NCBI GenBank assembly: GCA_018674955.1
Contig: JABGZB010000090.1
Coordinates: 1 to 61,607, forward strand
Direction of reading: 5' to 3'
Source: Verrucomicrobiota bacterium
Lineage (GTDB): Bacteria > Verrucomicrobiota > Verrucomicrobiia > Limisphaerales > UBA1096
Length of the DNA: 61,607 nt
The first letter of the stretch is position 1. Each line of letters begins with the position of its first letter. The notes under the pieces are model-generated. The model did no database searches, was not told the origin of the DNA, and saw only the letters and a list, made by a program, of their open reading frames with translations. The translations under genes and the position numbers were made by a program. This document shows, one piece after another, positions 59,362 to 61,607 of the stretch.

Positions 59362-59370
59362 ACAGCCGGC
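59349..59370. terminator. Hairpin between convergent glgA and the secretin gene
   Basis: GCCGGCTG-cgtaaa-CAGCCGGC forms the stem, and the glgA stop lies in the loop. On the minus strand it is followed by cTTTTTTaT, so it is best placed to terminate the secretin transcript. Confidence 0.5.
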
Positions 59371-59390
59371 TTGGGTAAAATCGATCCCGA

Positions 59391-61523
59391 TCAGAACGGC
59401 GGCTTGGAGCGTGATTTGCGGGTTGGCAACTGCAATTTGCGGGCCGGTTTTTCGCTGATGTTTGCGTTGTCGCTTCTCCTGGAAATCTTTTTATCCACTT
59501 TTCTCCGGCGAGCTTCCTCGGCGGCCTTGAACTCGGCCTCGGCCTCGCGAATGCCAGGCAGGCGCATGCGTTCCTGCGAGACCATCAACGCGGCGTCCTC
59601 GGGCGACTTAAGAATGGTCGGGCGAATCAAGACGAGCAGTTCCGATCGTTTGCTTGTAGCGGATTGATTCTTGAACAGGTTCCCCAGGAGGGGAATGTCC
59701 TTGAGAAACGGCACGCCGGACTCTGTGTCGGTCTTGGCGTCCCGGACGAAGCCGCCCAACAGGATCGTGTCGCCGTCCCGGACCGAGATGGTGGAGCTAG
59801 CCTCGCGCTCGGTCGTTTGCGGGGCCTTCTGGCCGGCAGCTCCCTGCTGCCCGCCGCCCATGTCGATAAAGCCGTCCAACTCCGATATGGTTTGCTGAAT
59901 CTCCATGACGACCAAGTCATCCGGTGTGATGTATGGCGTCACGTCCAGCGTGATACCCACATTTAGAAACTGGGTGTAGCCGCCGCCGTAACCGCCGCCG
60001 TAACCGCCGCCGTAACCGCCGTAACCGCCACCGTAACCGCTGCTCCCCTGGTAGGGAACCTGCTCACCGTTGAAGAATGTCGCCGGAACGGCGTGACTGG
60101 TCTGCACACGCGGGGTTTGCAGCACCTTGGCCGTGCTGTTGCTCGCCAATGCGCTTACGGCAAACTCAAGTGAATTGTCATAGCGGCTGATATAGGAAAA
60201 CCCACCTGCCAAGGCACCGGCGCCGAGTGTGTTGAGGGCACTCCCTGCAGCGGCGACGACATTACCAGCATCGGCAGCATCGGCAGCATCCGTAGGTGTT
60301 GTGGGAGCAGCCCCGGCTGCCGAAGGGCCGCCGTTCATAGAACCGCCGATATGGCGGGTGTCTCCGGGGCCTGCCGCCGTATGCATAAAGGCGTTCATCC
60401 CGGTGTCCATGCCGTCGGTCAGGGTCACGTTCACGATGATGGCCTCGATGAGCACCTGCGCCAACAGGCTGTCCACGTAGCCGACGATTTCTTCAATTTT
60501 CGCCATGTCGCCGTCATTGGCGAATATGATTAATGAGTTGGAACGGTAATCGGGGATGATGCGGGCATTCTCCAAAATTTGAATGTCGCCGCCGGCGGCG
60601 CGGTTCACGATGCCTTGTAGCCTGTTGCGGAATGAGCTGGACGTACTACTGGAGGTCGAGGGGCGGTTCTGAAGGGACCGAACCGAACCCCGCGATGAGC
60701 TGGTTCGGCCCATGCTGCCCTGCGATGAACTGGTTCGGCCCGAGGTCCTCGAGGTGCCGGAGGAGCTTGGCCGAGGCGAACTGGAGCCAGTGATCAGATC
60801 CTGCATGGTGGCGTAGATTTCCTCCACCTTGCCGTATCGGATCGGGATGACCTTGAGCTTGTAGTCCTCCTCTGGCTTGATGTCGATGCGCTCGAGCAGC
60901 TCAAGCATCCGCTTGATGTTGGAGGAGTTGTCCCGCAGAACGAGCGTCTTGCTGACGTCGAGCGCCACGATGCCGGCGGCGTTCTTGGCCATCGGCGTGA
61001 GCATCGGCACAGCCTCGCTGGGCAGGATGTGTTTCAACTGCTTGATGTGCGTGATGTACTGGTTGGCCTCAGGCAGTTCCTCAGCACTGTCAATAATCGA
61101 GAACGCAGCTCCCTCCTGCAACGCATTGGCGCTAGGCACGAACGTGACGAATTTTTCCCCGACCGGGATGGTGGTGTAGCCGTTGAGCGAGAGGACGCTG
61201 TCCATGGCCTGAATGGCCTCCACGACGGTCAGCGGTGTCTGCGCCTGAAGGGTGACGTTGAGATTGGGCAACGCCGCCGCTCGCAGGATGGTTCGGTTGA
61301 CGTAATTGGCGTAAATCTCAAGGAACTGCTCCAGCGGCATGTTGACCAGTTGCAGGTCGGCCATCGGGATGACGACGTCCATTGCCAGGGGCGCATCGGC
61401 AGGATCAGCCGGGGCGGCCGCTGCTGCGTTGTCGGGTGTCGGCGGAGCGGGTGGGTTCACGGGTTGCGCTTGGCCAAGCGCTGCGAATGTCAATGTGAGG
61501 ATACCTGTGATGAGTTTTTTCAT
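59391..61523 (-). CDS. Secretin (GspD/PilQ family outer-membrane channel)
   Basis: The secretin C-domain includes VLQTPRV, GITLDVTPYI, RDGDTILLGGF and VPFLKDIPLLGNLF. N-terminal domains are NolW-like. The likely start is MKKLITGILTLTFAALGQA at 61523, and the ORF-track start at 61553 is also possible. Confidence 0.85.
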   Translation of the reverse strand: MKKLITGILTLTFAALGQAQPVNPPAPPTPDNAAAAAPADPADAPLAMDVVIPMADLQLVNMPLEQFLEIYANYVNRTILRAAALPNLNVTLQAQTPLTVVEAIQAMDSVLSLNGYTTIPVGEKFVTFVPSANALQEGAAFSIIDSAEELPEANQYITHIKQLKHILPSEAVPMLTPMAKNAAGIVALDVSKTLVLRDNSSNIKRMLELLERIDIKPEEDYKLKVIPIRYGKVEEIYATMQDLITGSSSPRPSSSGTSRTSGRTSSSQGSMGRTSSSRGSVRSLQNRPSTSSSTSSSFRNRLQGIVNRAAGGDIQILENARIIPDYRSNSLIIFANDGDMAKIEEIVGYVDSLLAQVLIEAIIVNVTLTDGMDTGMNAFMHTAAGPGDTRHIGGSMNGGPSAAGAAPTTPTDAADAADAGNVVAAAGSALNTLGAGALAGGFSYISRYDNSLEFAVSALASNSTAKVLQTPRVQTSHAVPATFFNGEQVPYQGSSGYGGGYGGYGGGYGGGYGGGYTQFLNVGITLDVTPYITPDDLVVMEIQQTISELDGFIDMGGGQQGAAGQKAPQTTEREASSTISVRDGDTILLGGFVRDAKTDTESGVPFLKDIPLLGNLFKNQSATSKRSELLVLIRPTILKSPEDAALMVSQERMRLPGIREAEAEFKAAEEARRRKVDKKISRRSDNANISEKPARKLQLPTRKSRSKPPF
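59976..60040 (-). repeat. Imperfect GCCGCCGTAACC-type microsatellite encoding GYGGGYGGYGGGYGGGYGGGY
   Basis: Units of 9-12 nt are repeated about 6 times inside the secretin domain coding region. Confidence 0.85.
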
Positions 61524-61557
61524 GGCTCTCGAATGGTTTGTGTAAAGTTTCATGGCT

Positions 61558-61607
61558 CTATTGTGTCTTGCGGATCGTACGGGGCATCTTGCGCTTGCCG
61601 CCTTCTG
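61558..61607 (-). CDS. 3' end of an unidentified upstream gene (partial, runs off the window)
   Basis: The minus-strand frame reads ...EGGKRKMPRTIRKTQ-stop and ends 4 nt before the first possible secretin ATG. It is too short to identify. Confidence 0.3.
   Translation of the reverse strand, partial: EGGKRKMPRTIRKTQ

Noticed and set aside
59976-60040. A CRISPR-like or other spaced repeat array.
   Set aside because: The only short tandem repeats are the in-frame GY-coding microsatellite in the secretin and the large in-frame protein-module repeats. There is no repeat-spacer structure and no cas gene.

Overview
This is a 61.6-kb chromosomal segment from a high-GC bacterium of the PVC superphylum, most consistent with Verrucomicrobiota. 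Supporting gene content: DUF1559/H-X9-DG pseudopilin-like proteins, a PVC-type heme-binding dehydrogenase-like protein, several TAT-signal Gfo/Idh/MocA oxidoreductases and a sulfatase. I call about 45 protein genes and one tRNA.

Layout:
- 1-11.1 kb: a lower-GC, all-minus-strand accessory block. It starts at a tRNA-Leu and ends at a 27-nt copy of that tRNA's 3' end.
- 11.2-40 kb: core genes, namely pseudopilin-like pair, sulfatase, GT4, yyaL-like, coaB-like, Ser/Thr kinase, NRAMP, Zn-metalloprotease, ribBA, hrpB, cysQ, a Fur-led sufBCD-sufE-sufT-sufS-(DUF1858/rhodanese)-iscU operon, purU, murJ and glnB.
- 40.1-42.7 kb: a low-GC single-gene insert encoding a secreted repeat/CBM-like protein.
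- 42.8-44.1 kb: another Gfo/Idh/MocA oxidoreductase.
- 44.3-56.5 kb: a 12.2-kb gene for a 4074-aa modular surface protein.
- 56.6-61.6 kb: serS, glgA and a secretin.

I found no CRISPR array, transposase, integrase or recognisable defence or toxin-antitoxin locus.

The most striking signal is not a gene. It is a massively over-represented perfect palindrome, consensus CGCTTGGCCAAGCG with core TTGGCCAA. It is scattered through coding and non-coding DNA of the high-GC parts and is almost absent from the two low-GC blocks.

Other points worth follow-up: a 32-42 bp repeat at gene junctions in the tRNA-linked block, several gene remnants there, 1263-bp in-frame tandem repeats in the giant gene, an unusual suf operon composition, a sigma-54-type promoter before glnB, and a secretin with a Gly/Tyr microsatellite insert.

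All coordinates of domains inside large genes are approximate. Every functional call is based on motif recognition in the supplied translations, not on database searches.
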